Made by a program: the position numbers and the translations under genes. The notes beneath the pieces are model-generated. The model made no database searches. It worked only from the letters and a program-made list of their open reading frames with translations, and had not been told where the DNA came from. A DNA stretch of 64,000 bases. Source: Candidatus Parcubacteria bacterium (GTDB taxonomy: Bacteria > Patescibacteriota > Patescibacteriia > Patescibacteriales > UBA12075). This document shows positions 45,693-55,844 of the stretch, in pieces. Location of the stretch: assembly GCA_963814275.1 (NCBI GenBank), contig CAWFCE010000002.1:42537-106536 (forward strand), read 5' to 3'. Each line of letters starts with the position of its first letter. Position 1 is the stretch's first letter.

Positions 45693-46982
45693 TTAATAGC
45701 CGGTTTGATTTACCAGGTCACACACCGGTCCGCGGGAATGGTCCCCTGTCAGGACAAAATGGGCGTAGCGCTTATCGCCGGCGAATTTTATCACTGCCCG
45801 GTTCAGGGCATTCTTGTAAGGATTTAGATCCTTGCGATCCCTTTGGGTGACATCTCCCAGACAGATGATTTTCGTGTGTTCACAACCCCTGGTCAATAAT
45901 GCCCGCGCCTCACCCTCGTCGGCATTCTGCATTTCGTCGAAAATAATAAGGCTATTTTCGACATTCATTCCGCGGATGAAATTGAGAAGCAATATTTCGA
46001 ACACCTTATGGTTATAGACCGGAGGCCAGACATTGGCTTTATCGAAAATCTTCACCGAACGGATACCGTTCAATTTCAAAACCAGATCATGGACAGAGCG
46101 CATGTGTGGATTCACTTTATCGTTCAGATCACCGGGCAAATACCCGTTCGTTTCGCTCGCTTCATAGGTCGGTTTGACGAAAAAGATCTTCCTATATGTG
46201 CCCAACTGCAAAACCTGATAAAATGCCGCAACCAAAGCGAGATGGGTTTTGCCGAATCCGGCCTTGCTTTGAACGGTAACCAGAGGAATGTCTTCGTTCA
46301 GCATCAGATACAGCGCCAGATTTTGATAGACATTCCGCGGTTTCAGTTTCCACGGGCGCAATACATAGTCCACAATTTCTTCGCCATCAATTCCGCAGAA
46401 TACCGGTTTACCGACATCATTCCAGTAAAAATAATTATATCCATCGGAGTCTTTTGGTAAAAAACCGGTATATTCAATTGCTCTCGGAATATTTGGCTTT
46501 ATTTCTTCGAAGACGACCTCAATGCCCAGAGCCTCAGCTTGCGCTGCCAATAGCGTATCGGCAGTATTGAATTTGAGATTCTTGATTCCCTGATCCCTCA
46601 GGGCAAACAGTTCGGACAGGATTTGATTATCCTTATGTTTAGGATCAAAACCGACTATGACGTAGCGTCGCGCTCTGATCAAATCGGCCAAAGCATTTTT
46701 TTGGCGATAAAATTTGCCATTTCCGAGCAACTTGTTTATTTCCGCCTGAACAGTGGCGGTAATCAGCCCGATAATTTCCTTGCCGTTTTGTTTGGCAAAA
46801 ATCGAATTCGGGTCGTTCAGGATGGTGCTTGTGTCAACCGATACGAATTGATGCGTGCTGTCGAACCTCGCCATTAACGCTGCGGTTTCCAGGCACAGGG
46901 ATGAAATCGGATCATTTACATCGGGAGACGGGACAACCGCAGTGTCTTTTGTCGCTACCGGATTGAGCGCATTTTGCATCAT
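45693..46982 (-). CDS. PIN-domain + PhoH-like ATPase (YlaK-like)
   Basis: The C-terminal half has a P-loop (SKAGFGKTHLAL), Walker B IIFDEMQN, and LGDVTQRD. The N-terminal half is PIN-like. Confidence 0.8.
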   Translation of the reverse strand: MMQNALNPVATKDTAVVPSPDVNDPISSLCLETAALMARFDSTHQFVSVDTSTILNDPNSIFAKQNGKEIIGLITATVQAEINKLLGNGKFYRQKNALADLIRARRYVIVGFDPKHKDNQILSELFALRDQGIKNLKFNTADTLLAAQAEALGIEVVFEEIKPNIPRAIEYTGFLPKDSDGYNYFYWNDVGKPVFCGIDGEEIVDYVLRPWKLKPRNVYQNLALYLMLNEDIPLVTVQSKAGFGKTHLALVAAFYQVLQLGTYRKIFFVKPTYEASETNGYLPGDLNDKVNPHMRSVHDLVLKLNGIRSVKIFDKANVWPPVYNHKVFEILLLNFIRGMNVENSLIIFDEMQNADEGEARALLTRGCEHTKIICLGDVTQRDRKDLNPYKNALNRAVIKFAGDKRYAHFVLTGDHSRGPVCDLVNQTGY

Positions 46983-47190
46983 GACTCTCCTTTTCGGTTT
47001 ATTTACTGGTTAATTTGTTTGGTAAACCATAGTAACTGAAATGTCAAAGGTCTATTCACCTCCTTTTTTAAAATAAAAACCCGCAACTCCCTGTAGGGCG
47101 CGGATTGTTAAAAGCCAATTTTGTTTTTATATTTGTCTAATTAAATTGTAACACATAGCGGATAATGTTGACAAGACGCCTGTGGTACGT

Positions 47191-47285
47191 CGCACGCAGC
47201 ACATAGCACGCACCACAAATATATAATATTTATATCGGATAATACTATGATTCATGTTGCGTGCTATGTGCTATGTGCTGCATGC
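47191..47285. repeat. heptamer-word hairpin (gtgctat gtgctat gtgctgc arm)
   Basis: gcagcacatagcacgca (47197-47213) is complementary to the tandem heptamers at 47261-47281. Confidence 0.7.
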
Positions 47286-47287
47286 TT

Positions 47288-47326
47288 ACAAACGAAAACA
47301 CCGCCTATAGAGTCCAGCGGTGTTTT
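47288..47326 (-). terminator. intrinsic terminator-like hairpin ending the candidate ncRNA
   Basis: aaaacaccgc / gcggtgtttt with a 12-nt loop, then UUUUCGUUUG on the minus strand. Confidence 0.55.
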
Positions 47327-47680
47327 CAATATTGCATCCCCATGCTCACTCTACCACCTAAAGGACTGGTGATAAAGCTAGAAAGGGAAGGGTGCGAAGG
47401 AATTTAAAAAATTTTCAGACCTTAACTTTAAAATATCTGTCAGGTCCGGGGTCCCAACGCACCCTTTGGGTGACAAGCACCCATTTTGGTTTTTCCAGGC
47501 CCCTCGCCCGGAAAATTGTAAAGATCATGTTGCCATGATCTGAGAGTGGGATCTGACCCGGCAATTTAACGCTCAGCGTTATAATTAACCGGTAAGGTTC
47601 TACTCTCAGACCATGGCGTTTTTTGCAGGCGATTTAGGTTGCCCGACTTTGTATATTAACAGTCCGAAAGGACTCTTAAT
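47327..47680 (-). ncRNA. candidate structured ncRNA of about 350 nt, class unresolved
   Basis: A non-coding gap containing a 15-bp stem (ccauggucugagagu / acucucagaucaugg), a GCAA-capped hairpin, several other hairpins, and a long-range aagggugcg / cgcacccuu pairing. G-U pairs are consistent only on the minus strand. Confidence 0.4.
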
Positions 47681-47681
47681 T

Positions 47682-48011
47682 TCATGATAGGTTCAGGCGT
47701 TCGATCCGTTCCATCTTCTGGCCGCTTATTTCTACCGGCAGATAAACCGGCGCGCGGCCGCCATTCGATATTCCGGCCGAATTCACGCTGGCTGATTCCG
47801 TCAACAAGCCAACTTGTCTGGTCGATTGGTATAGTATGCTTAATGACAACGCGGTAATAATGACAATAAAAAAAGCAATGGACAAACTGACAACGAGTCC
47901 AGACCAGCTGAACTCCTGTTCCATTGCTTTCTTTTTAAGCTTATTATAGTAACGCCAACCCAAAGCTTCAAAGGCAAAGGGCTGTTCGCTACCAATAGAT
48001 GTCATGTCCAT
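47682..48011 (-). CDS. small single-TM membrane protein
   Basis: 109 aa with a central TM segment (LVVSLSIAFFIVIITALSLSILY). Confidence 0.5.
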   Translation of the reverse strand: MDMTSIGSEQPFAFEALGWRYYNKLKKKAMEQEFSWSGLVVSLSIAFFIVIITALSLSILYQSTRQVGLLTESASVNSAGISNGGRAPVYLPVEISGQKMERIERLNLS

Positions 48012-48380
48012 TTTTGTTTTTGTTTTGTTTTTACCCGTGAGCTTACGGGGATTGGTGCAATTCCGGGGTTTTTACCCCGATATATACATTCTAGCAAATT
48101 TTTAATGAATTGTCAATGTGGAAAACATTAAATAATTGAAAAACACCATTAATTATAGGCGATTATTGAAAAATTTTTCGTATAATTTAAATGCCGACCA
48201 TTCAATTATCAATTTTCAGTAACCCAATAATCCAAACAAATATTTAATGTTAAATATCAAATATTTAAATATCTCCATTTAATTATTAATTATTTGATAT
48301 TTGATATTGATTGAGTCACTGGATCATTGAAAATTGATAATTTTAAAACTATCATAATTTGCTAACTCTAAATTGCTAGC

Positions 48381-49805
48381 TTACTGTTTTAACATCAACT
48401 TTTTATATAACCCGACGTATTCCTTCGCCGGTTTGTCCCAGGAGAAATCCGCCTGCATACCGCGCGTCTGCATGGCCCGCCAATCATCCGGGCGGTCGTA
48501 ATAAGTGTCCAGGGCCTGTTTAATTGATTTATAGAATTCGTCCTTCGACACATCCTTGAAACTGAAGCCGAGATCCGGAGTAACCGTGTCCTTGAGGCCG
48601 CCGGTTGCCCGTACTACCGGCACCGTACCATAGCGCATGGCGATCATCTGGCCCAGCCCGCAGGGCTCGAAGCGGGAAGGCATAAGGAAAATATCGGCTC
48701 CGGCATAGATCAACTTGGCTAATTTTTCGTCATACATTAGGTTGACGCTAAACTGTTCGGGGTGTTCATTGCCCAGCTCTTTGAGCGAGCGCTCGTACTC
48801 CGGCTTGCCGGTGCCGAGGAATACGAACTGGGCGCGGAAACGGCTGAAGCGGGTGGTCACCAGGTCGATCCCTTTCTGCCAGACCAGGCGGGTCACCATG
48901 GCAACCAAAGGAATATCCTGATTTACGGGCAGGCCGAGCTTTTTTTGCAGGGCAAGCTTGTTTTCCAGTTTCTTATTGATCGATTTGGCGGTGTATCGTT
49001 CGGCGATAGCAGGATCATGGGACGGATCGTAATATTCCAGGTCCAGTCCGTTGATGATTCCATATAAATCAGCGCGGCGCTTACGGATCACATTGTCCAG
49101 GCGCGCGCCGTAGGCGCTGGTAGTAATTTCCCGCGCATAGGTAGGGCTAACGGTCGTGACCAGGTCGGCGTTCAATACTCCCTGAACCATGAAATTAACG
49201 TCGCCGTCTTGCAGGTCTACAGATAATGATTTAAGCGATTCCGGATGGAGATTGCCGGTCGTCAGCACATCCTGTTCCGCCTTGCCCTGATAATAGAAAT
49301 TATGGATAGTAAATATGGTTTTGAGGCCGCGCAGATATTCCAGATTAGTTGTTTTGATAATATCGGGCATTAAAGCGGTATGCGAGTCGTGGCAATGGAT
49401 GATATCCGGCTGCCAGCCCAAAACAGGCAGGGCATACAGCGCGGCCAGGGAAAAGAACAAAAAACGCTCGGCATTATCGTTTCCGCAATACACTTCCGGC
49501 TTACCGAAATATTCGGGGCAATCGATGAAATACACCGGTACGTTGCCGTGCGGCAATTTCCCCTGCCAGACGTTCACTTTCATGAGCAAGCGTCCGCTCG
49601 GCACTTCCAAATCAGAATATATCTTGTTGAGATCGTGTTTCCGCGGACTGATCGAACCGTACAGGGGCATAATCACCCGCGCGTCGACACCCAGGCTCTT
49701 AACTGCCGGCGGCAATGACCCAAGTACGTCGCCCAAGCCGCCGACCTTAGCCAGGGGCGCCACTTCGGCGGCCGCCATAAGAACTTTTATCTTTTTATCC
49801 GTCAT
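48381..49805 (-). CDS. glgA: glycogen/starch synthase (GT5)
   Basis: AAEVAPLAKVGGLGDV, HCHDSHTAL, and C-terminal PSRFEPCGLGQMIAMRYG. Confidence 0.9.
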   Translation of the reverse strand: MTDKKIKVLMAAAEVAPLAKVGGLGDVLGSLPPAVKSLGVDARVIMPLYGSISPRKHDLNKIYSDLEVPSGRLLMKVNVWQGKLPHGNVPVYFIDCPEYFGKPEVYCGNDNAERFLFFSLAALYALPVLGWQPDIIHCHDSHTALMPDIIKTTNLEYLRGLKTIFTIHNFYYQGKAEQDVLTTGNLHPESLKSLSVDLQDGDVNFMVQGVLNADLVTTVSPTYAREITTSAYGARLDNVIRKRRADLYGIINGLDLEYYDPSHDPAIAERYTAKSINKKLENKLALQKKLGLPVNQDIPLVAMVTRLVWQKGIDLVTTRFSRFRAQFVFLGTGKPEYERSLKELGNEHPEQFSVNLMYDEKLAKLIYAGADIFLMPSRFEPCGLGQMIAMRYGTVPVVRATGGLKDTVTPDLGFSFKDVSKDEFYKSIKQALDTYYDRPDDWRAMQTRGMQADFSWDKPAKEYVGLYKKLMLKQ

Positions 49806-49842
49806 ATTTTCTTTATAATAATTGTTTCAAATTACAATATTT

Positions 49843-49915
49843 TATCGTAAATCGGAGATCGTAAATCATAGATCGTCATTGCCGTCAAGGAATGGTTCAT
49901 GATTCATGATTTACG
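49843..49915. repeat. heptamer-word hairpin (atcgtaa atcggag atcgtaa atcatag atcgtca)
   Basis: Five tandem 7-mers are followed by a complementary arm (...tcatgattcatgatttacg). Confidence 0.65.
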
Positions 49916-49924
49916 CTCTCCGCT

Positions 49925-50503
49925 TCACGATTCCCCGATCCACTCCAAGATCTTCTCCACCGGTTTTTGATCGGGCAAGGCGTTCGTTTCCACCGTGAGG
50001 ACGGGCAGGGAGCAATGTTCGATTTCCTTCAAATATTCCCGCTGCTGCCCGGTATACCACTGCGGATCCTTTAAAACGCGCTGATAGTGGGGATACAGGT
50101 TAAGCCGGTCCTTAATCCTGCCCTCTAGTAATTTTTCGTCCTCAGGAAAGGTTATCAAAATAATTTTAAAATCCAGCTGCTTCAGCCGTTCCACCGCCTT
50201 GTTGTAGCCAATCTCCGCCTTACGATACATCCGATTGTAAACGACATCAGACAGATAAAATTTTTCGATCAACAAATTTTTGTCTTTAAGATCTTCGAAT
50301 ATATCCAAATAATGGGCGATCACAGGCTGGCCGTATGGCGTCCCGAAAATCCCGACATCGCAATTGAACCAATGGCAGCCGTCCAGAAGATAGCCGCTTT
50401 GGTTATATTTCGGCTCGAGATGGTTATAGATCTGGCTCATCAGCCAGCTTTTGCCCGAAAGCTCAGCGCCTTCGAAGATTAGATGGATCGGTTTGATTTT
50501 CAT
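49925..50503 (-). CDS. P-loop nucleoside/nucleotide kinase-like protein
   Basis: IHLIFEGAELSGKSW is a Walker A motif. The size and layout resemble dNK/dTMP-kinase-fold proteins. Confidence 0.45.
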   Translation of the reverse strand: MKIKPIHLIFEGAELSGKSWLMSQIYNHLEPKYNQSGYLLDGCHWFNCDVGIFGTPYGQPVIAHYLDIFEDLKDKNLLIEKFYLSDVVYNRMYRKAEIGYNKAVERLKQLDFKIILITFPEDEKLLEGRIKDRLNLYPHYQRVLKDPQWYTGQQREYLKEIEHCSLPVLTVETNALPDQKPVEKILEWIGES

Positions 50504-50649
50504 ATTAAAAACAAATTAGCTCACGCGAATGTACAAATTTTAATACAAATATACAAATTACTAATAAGCGCAACTAAACAATTTGTAATTTGTAAATTTG
50601 TAGCCTGATTTGTATATTCGCGTGATAAATATTTTTTATTCGAGCAACA

Positions 50650-51846
50650 TCAAATCTTCACATCCCCATTCAGGCAATGATAAGCCAGGAGAAAGGCGCC
50701 GGCGTTCCAGGATTGGCCGGGTATGCCCATGGGTTCACCGGTCTTGCCGTGCAGCCATTCGTTAAACTCCCAGTTATTCAGTTCATTGGCGGCGGCTACG
50801 CCGGCAAGCGCCTTTTGCGCTTCTTTTTTTTCACCGGCCTTATGAAGCGCCATGGCGTAGAACGCTCCCGCCATCGGCCAGATACCCCCGTTCAGGTAGC
50901 AATAAGGGTCGTTCTGCCCGCCATACTGGCCGAGCTGCGGACGCCAGTCAAAATCATTCTTCTTGACCGGCGGAGTCAGGACCTGGATAGGATAGCGCCG
51001 GTCCAGACGCTTACGGCGGAAATAGCGGACTATCTGTTTCGCCCGGTCACCATCGGCCGCACCGGAGATTATCGCCAGGCTATTGCCGAAAACATCACAG
51101 CGGTCGCTCGCATACCGATAAGCGACATAAAAAAGATAATACGGCACCTTATCGACACAATCACGCACGATCTTTAGCTCCTTACTTCGATGGTAGGAAT
51201 CCCGGGAAATGAACAGGGAATCTTGAGCGGATTTATTGTGGGGAAGGAACAAGGTATTAAGTCCGTCTGCCGCCAGCTCCGCCTCATTTGCCATGCCGTA
51301 AAGCGTTAAGGCCCAATGCCAAAGAGCGTTGGTAAAAAGCACCCGGCCGCTTGAGAGGCGCTCATCCGCCCAATCAGCCGCCTCTCCCTGGGCGAGCAGG
51401 CCGTCGCTATTGGTATCCTGGCAATGGAGCCACTGGAATGTGCTTTTGATCCGCGGCAAAAGCGACAGCTTAAAATCGGCCTCGCCCAGACCGGCCATGA
51501 ACTCAATGGCGATCAGCCACCAGAGGCCGGAATCGATACTACCCAGGTGATGGAAATGCGCCTGGCCGGCTGAGACATCGACCGAAGACGGGATCTGCCC
51601 GTACGCGGTCTGGTAATCAGCCATCGTCTTAAGCCCGGCCATGGCAGTCTCCATGAGCATCTTGTCGCCGCTGGCCGCCATACCCAGGGCGCAGATCGAA
51701 ATATCGCGCGCGAACAGCAGATGATAGCGGCGGCTCTTGGCCAGCTTGCCCGTCGTAGCGGCTGTTACCCCGTATTTACCGGTATTTTTCCGCAAAAGCC
51801 CGATCGACCGCCGATAACATTCTTTGATCAATTTATCTTCTCCCAT
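50650..51846 (-). CDS. (alpha/alpha)6-barrel glycoside hydrolase (GDE_C / GH100-invertase-like)
   Basis: FARDISICALGM, GSIDSGLWWLIA, EAADWADE, YLNGGIWPMAGAFYA, SWNAGAFLLA. It sits in a glycogen gene context. Confidence 0.65.
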   Translation of the reverse strand: MGEDKLIKECYRRSIGLLRKNTGKYGVTAATTGKLAKSRRYHLLFARDISICALGMAASGDKMLMETAMAGLKTMADYQTAYGQIPSSVDVSAGQAHFHHLGSIDSGLWWLIAIEFMAGLGEADFKLSLLPRIKSTFQWLHCQDTNSDGLLAQGEAADWADERLSSGRVLFTNALWHWALTLYGMANEAELAADGLNTLFLPHNKSAQDSLFISRDSYHRSKELKIVRDCVDKVPYYLFYVAYRYASDRCDVFGNSLAIISGAADGDRAKQIVRYFRRKRLDRRYPIQVLTPPVKKNDFDWRPQLGQYGGQNDPYCYLNGGIWPMAGAFYAMALHKAGEKKEAQKALAGVAAANELNNWEFNEWLHGKTGEPMGIPGQSWNAGAFLLAYHCLNGDVKI

Positions 51847-51990
51847 ATTATTTCAATTTTGACAATTTGATTCATGTATTATAATGTTATTATAGCAAAA
51901 AATAACGCTTTGCGGTATGGTAATAATATATTACCAGTTAAAGATAATAGTACTTAACTTGATTTAATATTAACATGCTAAATTCATTCC

Positions 51991-53202
51991 ATGAACCTTA
52001 AAAACGAACCATTACTGAATATTAGCAAACCAGAATTGACTGGAGATAACTCAAATAATGCGAAAGAAAAGGAGACCAACATGGATAAAAAAGATGTCGA
52101 GCAGGAGAAGTCAGACGAATATCACCTGGATAAGGAAACGGAAAAAAACATTTTAAGTGAGTTGGACCAATCGGAAATCATGATCCAACGCCTGGAAGAA
52201 GAGTGGGCTGCAGGACTAACCGGAAAAGCCCTGAAATTGATCAAAAAAGAAATCGAATCGATAGTAGTCGGGGAGGGTGAATCAAGAAAAATAAACCTTA
52301 ACCACCACTTGGCCGACATGAACGAAGCCGAAAAGCTGATCAAACAGGGTGATATCGCCAAAGCGAACGATTTTGCCCACACATTATTCGAGTTTTTGCG
52401 AAATAACCCTTACCATTTCAGTGAGGATATAGCTACGCAGGAAATGATTATGAATACCTATTGGCTTCTAAAACGTTACATCGACGCCGAATATAAATAT
52501 ATCGAATTTCAGGATCCGCAAGCAAATCCCGAAAAAATGATCGAACGAATAGAAATATATCTTGCGCTTGTAACCAAGCTAAATAACTCGACAAAACTTG
52601 CCGAAGAAAAAGAATTTTGCAAAACAAAAGGGGGCGAAGAATGGCTGGAAGATATAGAAAATTTAAAGAAACGAATATCTGAAGTCAACGAATATAAAAT
52701 CTTAAGTTTCTTCAGCGACACTAAAGATTTTGAATGGAATGCACAACAATATCCGGAAAAAGCTGAAGAATGGATGAAGTTAGTCTTCGAAAAAGACTCT
52801 CGTTACAGTGGGAAACCTAAGTGGCTCGAAGATAGGCAAAGGACGTTGTTGGAAATCTTCTGTCAAAGTAAGGACAAAGAAGGGGCGGAGAGGATAATTC
52901 TAGCGACTAAAGATTTGCATAGCAGAATAAAACGCATCAGTAAATACGAAACTTTCTTCGGCCCCTGGCCAAATGAACAGCCCACAATTGCCTACGATGA
53001 AAAACCGACCAACAAACCGGTTAAGGATTCATCATCGTTTAAGGATGCACTTAAGCAACGAAGATTCGATGATTGCAAAATCTGGCTGGATGTATTAAAA
53101 AGGGATGGTTATAAAAACCTACCGAAAGAACATGTTGAGTTGATAATATTCGACCGGAAGAAAGAGTTGGATGACGCCATCAAAGCGACCGGTTCAAAAT
53201 AA
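51991..53202 (+). CDS. hypothetical Glu/Lys-rich helical protein, AT-richer than neighbours
   Basis: 403-aa ORF, one of only two host-region plus-strand genes. No motif recognised. Confidence 0.55.
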   Translation: MNLKNEPLLNISKPELTGDNSNNAKEKETNMDKKDVEQEKSDEYHLDKETEKNILSELDQSEIMIQRLEEEWAAGLTGKALKLIKKEIESIVVGEGESRKINLNHHLADMNEAEKLIKQGDIAKANDFAHTLFEFLRNNPYHFSEDIATQEMIMNTYWLLKRYIDAEYKYIEFQDPQANPEKMIERIEIYLALVTKLNNSTKLAEEKEFCKTKGGEEWLEDIENLKKRISEVNEYKILSFFSDTKDFEWNAQQYPEKAEEWMKLVFEKDSRYSGKPKWLEDRQRTLLEIFCQSKDKEGAERIILATKDLHSRIKRISKYETFFGPWPNEQPTIAYDEKPTNKPVKDSSSFKDALKQRRFDDCKIWLDVLKRDGYKNLPKEHVELIIFDRKKELDDAIKATGSK

Positions 53203-53221
53203 ATATACATAACACAACAAA

Positions 53222-53258
53222 ACCGTCCGTTTGCCACTGAAAACGGACGGTCTTTTTT
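53222..53258 (+). terminator. intrinsic terminator after 51991..53202
   Basis: accgtccgttt / aaacggacggt stem followed by cTTTTTT. Confidence 0.8.
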
Positions 53259-53483
53259 ATAATTCTGAATTTAAAATTTTAACTTCTTGAAACTATGCTG
53301 TCATAATTGGCAGATCTGCTAATATAATTCGGGTTTAGAAATTTATATTTTAAGTTTTATTTAAAAATTATAAAATTAAAAATTCAAAAATTTTAAATAT
53401 TACATTGTCATTTTGCCCTCAGCCGTGAGCTCGGACCGAACGGATTTTTGATTTTAGCATTTCGATTTTATAAACTTGCGGCT

Positions 53484-54356
53484 TTATCTGATTTTCCCGA
53501 TAATCTTCTCCACGTCCCGGAGCCACCTGCTATCGATCGTGAAATACTCCCAGGCGCTTCTGATGCCCTGGCGGCTGCCTTCGAAGACATGAAAATCCGA
53601 ACCGCCGGTCTCGATCCAGTCGAGCGGACGGGATATTTGCTGGATATACATGATCGCGTCGTAGCCGTGATGCGGCGACAGTTTCTCCACCCCGTCGATA
53701 CCGGCATTCTTGAAATCGGAAAAAAGTTCAGGCGACAGGCCCAGTTGTTTGGCCGGATGGCAGAGGATCAGCTGTCCGCCGATCCGTTTTTTGAGCGCCG
53801 CTACCCTCTCCAAGTCGATATAGCTTTCGTGCAAGATGCCGATCGATTTGTTGCGCAGGTATTCACGGATAAAATCGCCTTCCCGCGGCTCGTCGAGATT
53901 TAATTCCCGTTTAACTTTGGCCAGATTGCCCGGAACGCCCAAGATTTCGCCAACCACGTGGTTGATCGGCACATAATGGTTGTATTTATCCAGTATCTGG
54001 TCGATCCTGATCTTGAAACCGCGTACCACCAGACGCTGGAGCGCGCGACGGACATTGCGGCGGCGGCGGCGCTGGCTGTCCCTGAGCAGATCGTGGAGCG
54101 CCGGGTCGCTGTCGTCATAATTGTACCACAAGACATTGAAATTCCAGCGATGGAGCTTGACATAAAGCTCCAGGCCTGTGACCGGCTTAATACCGAGATG
54201 ATGGCAAGTATGGCGGAATTCCCCCATCCCGCTGACGGTATTGTGGTCGGTCAAAGAGGCTACTTTTACCCCCTGCCGGGCGATATAGCGCGCCACTTCG
54301 GACGGCCGCAAGTAACCGTCCGAATAATTGGAGTGGAGTTGGAGATCAATTAGCAT
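53484..54356 (-). CDS. PHP-domain phosphoesterase
   Basis: MLIDLQLHSNYSDG and ...LTDHNTV are metal-binding motifs. Confidence 0.8.
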   Translation of the reverse strand: MLIDLQLHSNYSDGYLRPSEVARYIARQGVKVASLTDHNTVSGMGEFRHTCHHLGIKPVTGLELYVKLHRWNFNVLWYNYDDSDPALHDLLRDSQRRRRRNVRRALQRLVVRGFKIRIDQILDKYNHYVPINHVVGEILGVPGNLAKVKRELNLDEPREGDFIREYLRNKSIGILHESYIDLERVAALKKRIGGQLILCHPAKQLGLSPELFSDFKNAGIDGVEKLSPHHGYDAIMYIQQISRPLDWIETGGSDFHVFEGSRQGIRSAWEYFTIDSRWLRDVEKIIGKIR

Positions 54357-54697
54357 GAATTTATAATTTGAAATTTATAATTTGAGAAATGAGAAAAACT
54401 ATTTTTCGGCCGGCTGCGGGAAATTACGATAAGGCAATATTAGACATTTTTACACGAATTCTCACGGATTTTTGACGGATTTACACGGATTTTATAAGGT
54501 TTTTCTCGAATCTCAATTTATAAGTCATGAATTTGTAAACTGCTGAATACAAGGCCTGTCGATTGTTGACCCATCAATTAATATTTTAGGAAATAATATT
54601 GTTATCTGGAATTTACAAATAACAAATTACAAATTGATTTTCCTAATATAATATTAGTAATTTGACAACTATTTATTTCCCGCATCACTAACCATGA

Positions 54698-55720
54698 TCA
54701 TCTAAGGCCCAACCCCTCAACAGCTTTTTCGATCAAAGGATGGGCCCTTTCGGGTTCGCGCTGGTCTTTTAAGAGGAAAAAACCGGCCGTGCGCATCGCG
54801 GTCCAATAATAATAAGTGTCGATCCGCTCACGGATCTTGCTGTCCGGTTTTATCTTACTGACCGCAAAATAACGGTCAAGAAAAAGTTTTTTCATTTCTT
54901 CGGCATAGCTCAAGTCGCCGATCTTGCGCATGACCATGAACTCGATCTGCTGCAGGAATGTCCCGACGTCGCGGGTAAAATCGGACAGGCACAAATCCGT
55001 GAAATCTATCACGGCGATCTTTTTCCTGCCCATTCTGATCACATTCTCCGGGTGGGCGTCGCCATGGACCAGCCAGCGTTTTTTCGTGTTGTCCAGAAAT
55101 TTTTCCTCCCGGGCGACCAATAATTCATAGATCCGTTCGAATACTTTGCGATATTCGGGATAATGCTCGGCAATGCGGTCCAATATATGGGGGATCCCGG
55201 GATACACGGTCGCGATACGGCTATTATCGCGGTTGAAATTGCGCGCCGAGCCAACGCTTAAGGCGTGCAGTTTGGCGAACCAGCGGGCCGTCTTGGGCAG
55301 CATATCCTCGATCGTCTCCATGTCGTGCCCGCGGATGTAGGCATAAAGATTATTACCTTCCACTCCGCGGTAAAAAGTGCCCTGGAAATAATTCGAATAA
55401 AAAAGCGGATGCGGGATAGTGTAATAACCGCGCCCGAAACCATGACGCCAAAGGAATTGCAGCGCGTCATAGACATTCTTGCGCGGTTCGTCGCTATGGG
55501 CCGAGCAATAGATCGGCAGTGTCTTCAGTTTTTTGTCCTTGCTTACGAACAAGGTCCGGTATTCAATCACTACGTGGTAAGTGTGGTCCCAAATGAAATC
55601 CTTGTGCGGAATGATCTTGATCCGCTTGATGCCGGAAAAATCTGGGTATAACGGCAAGACCTTCTTTTTGAAGAGGTCCATGACATACTGCTTGTCCAAT
55701 AATTTGTTTGCCTTATTCAT
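54698..55720 (-). CDS. aminoglycoside-phosphotransferase-fold kinase (possible sugar/maltokinase-like)
   Basis: LVHGDAHPENVI (catalytic loop) and VIDFTD (DFG-equivalent). The substrate suggestion rests on glycogen-cluster context only. Confidence 0.6.
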   Translation of the reverse strand: MNKANKLLDKQYVMDLFKKKVLPLYPDFSGIKRIKIIPHKDFIWDHTYHVVIEYRTLFVSKDKKLKTLPIYCSAHSDEPRKNVYDALQFLWRHGFGRGYYTIPHPLFYSNYFQGTFYRGVEGNNLYAYIRGHDMETIEDMLPKTARWFAKLHALSVGSARNFNRDNSRIATVYPGIPHILDRIAEHYPEYRKVFERIYELLVAREEKFLDNTKKRWLVHGDAHPENVIRMGRKKIAVIDFTDLCLSDFTRDVGTFLQQIEFMVMRKIGDLSYAEEMKKLFLDRYFAVSKIKPDSKIRERIDTYYYWTAMRTAGFFLLKDQREPERAHPLIEKAVEGLGLR

Positions 55721-55844
55721 ATGATTACGAATATATAATCCGAATCTACAAATTATATCCGAATGCTCCGAATACGAATTTCTGAATTATTCGGATAAAA
55801 TAATTCGGGGCATTCGGAACGTTGTTCGGGGCATTCGGATTATG

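Noticed and set aside
47438-47452. SRP-RNA-like string GUCAGGUCCGG on the plus strand.
   Set aside because: The following conserved GGAAGCAGC segment is absent. The G-U pairing pattern indicates that the structured RNA is on the minus strand.
47327-47680. RNase P RNA assignment, based on ACAAAGUCGGGC after a hairpin and AAAGGGUGCG.
   Set aside because: No complementary P4 3' strand (GCCCGACUU-like) exists on the same strand. The spacing of the P12-like helix relative to the putative P4 elements is wrong. I keep it only as an unclassified candidate ncRNA.
47327-47680. tmRNA.
   Set aside because: No tRNA-like T-arm (GGUUCGAnUCC) or CCA-proximal acceptor sequence is present on either strand.
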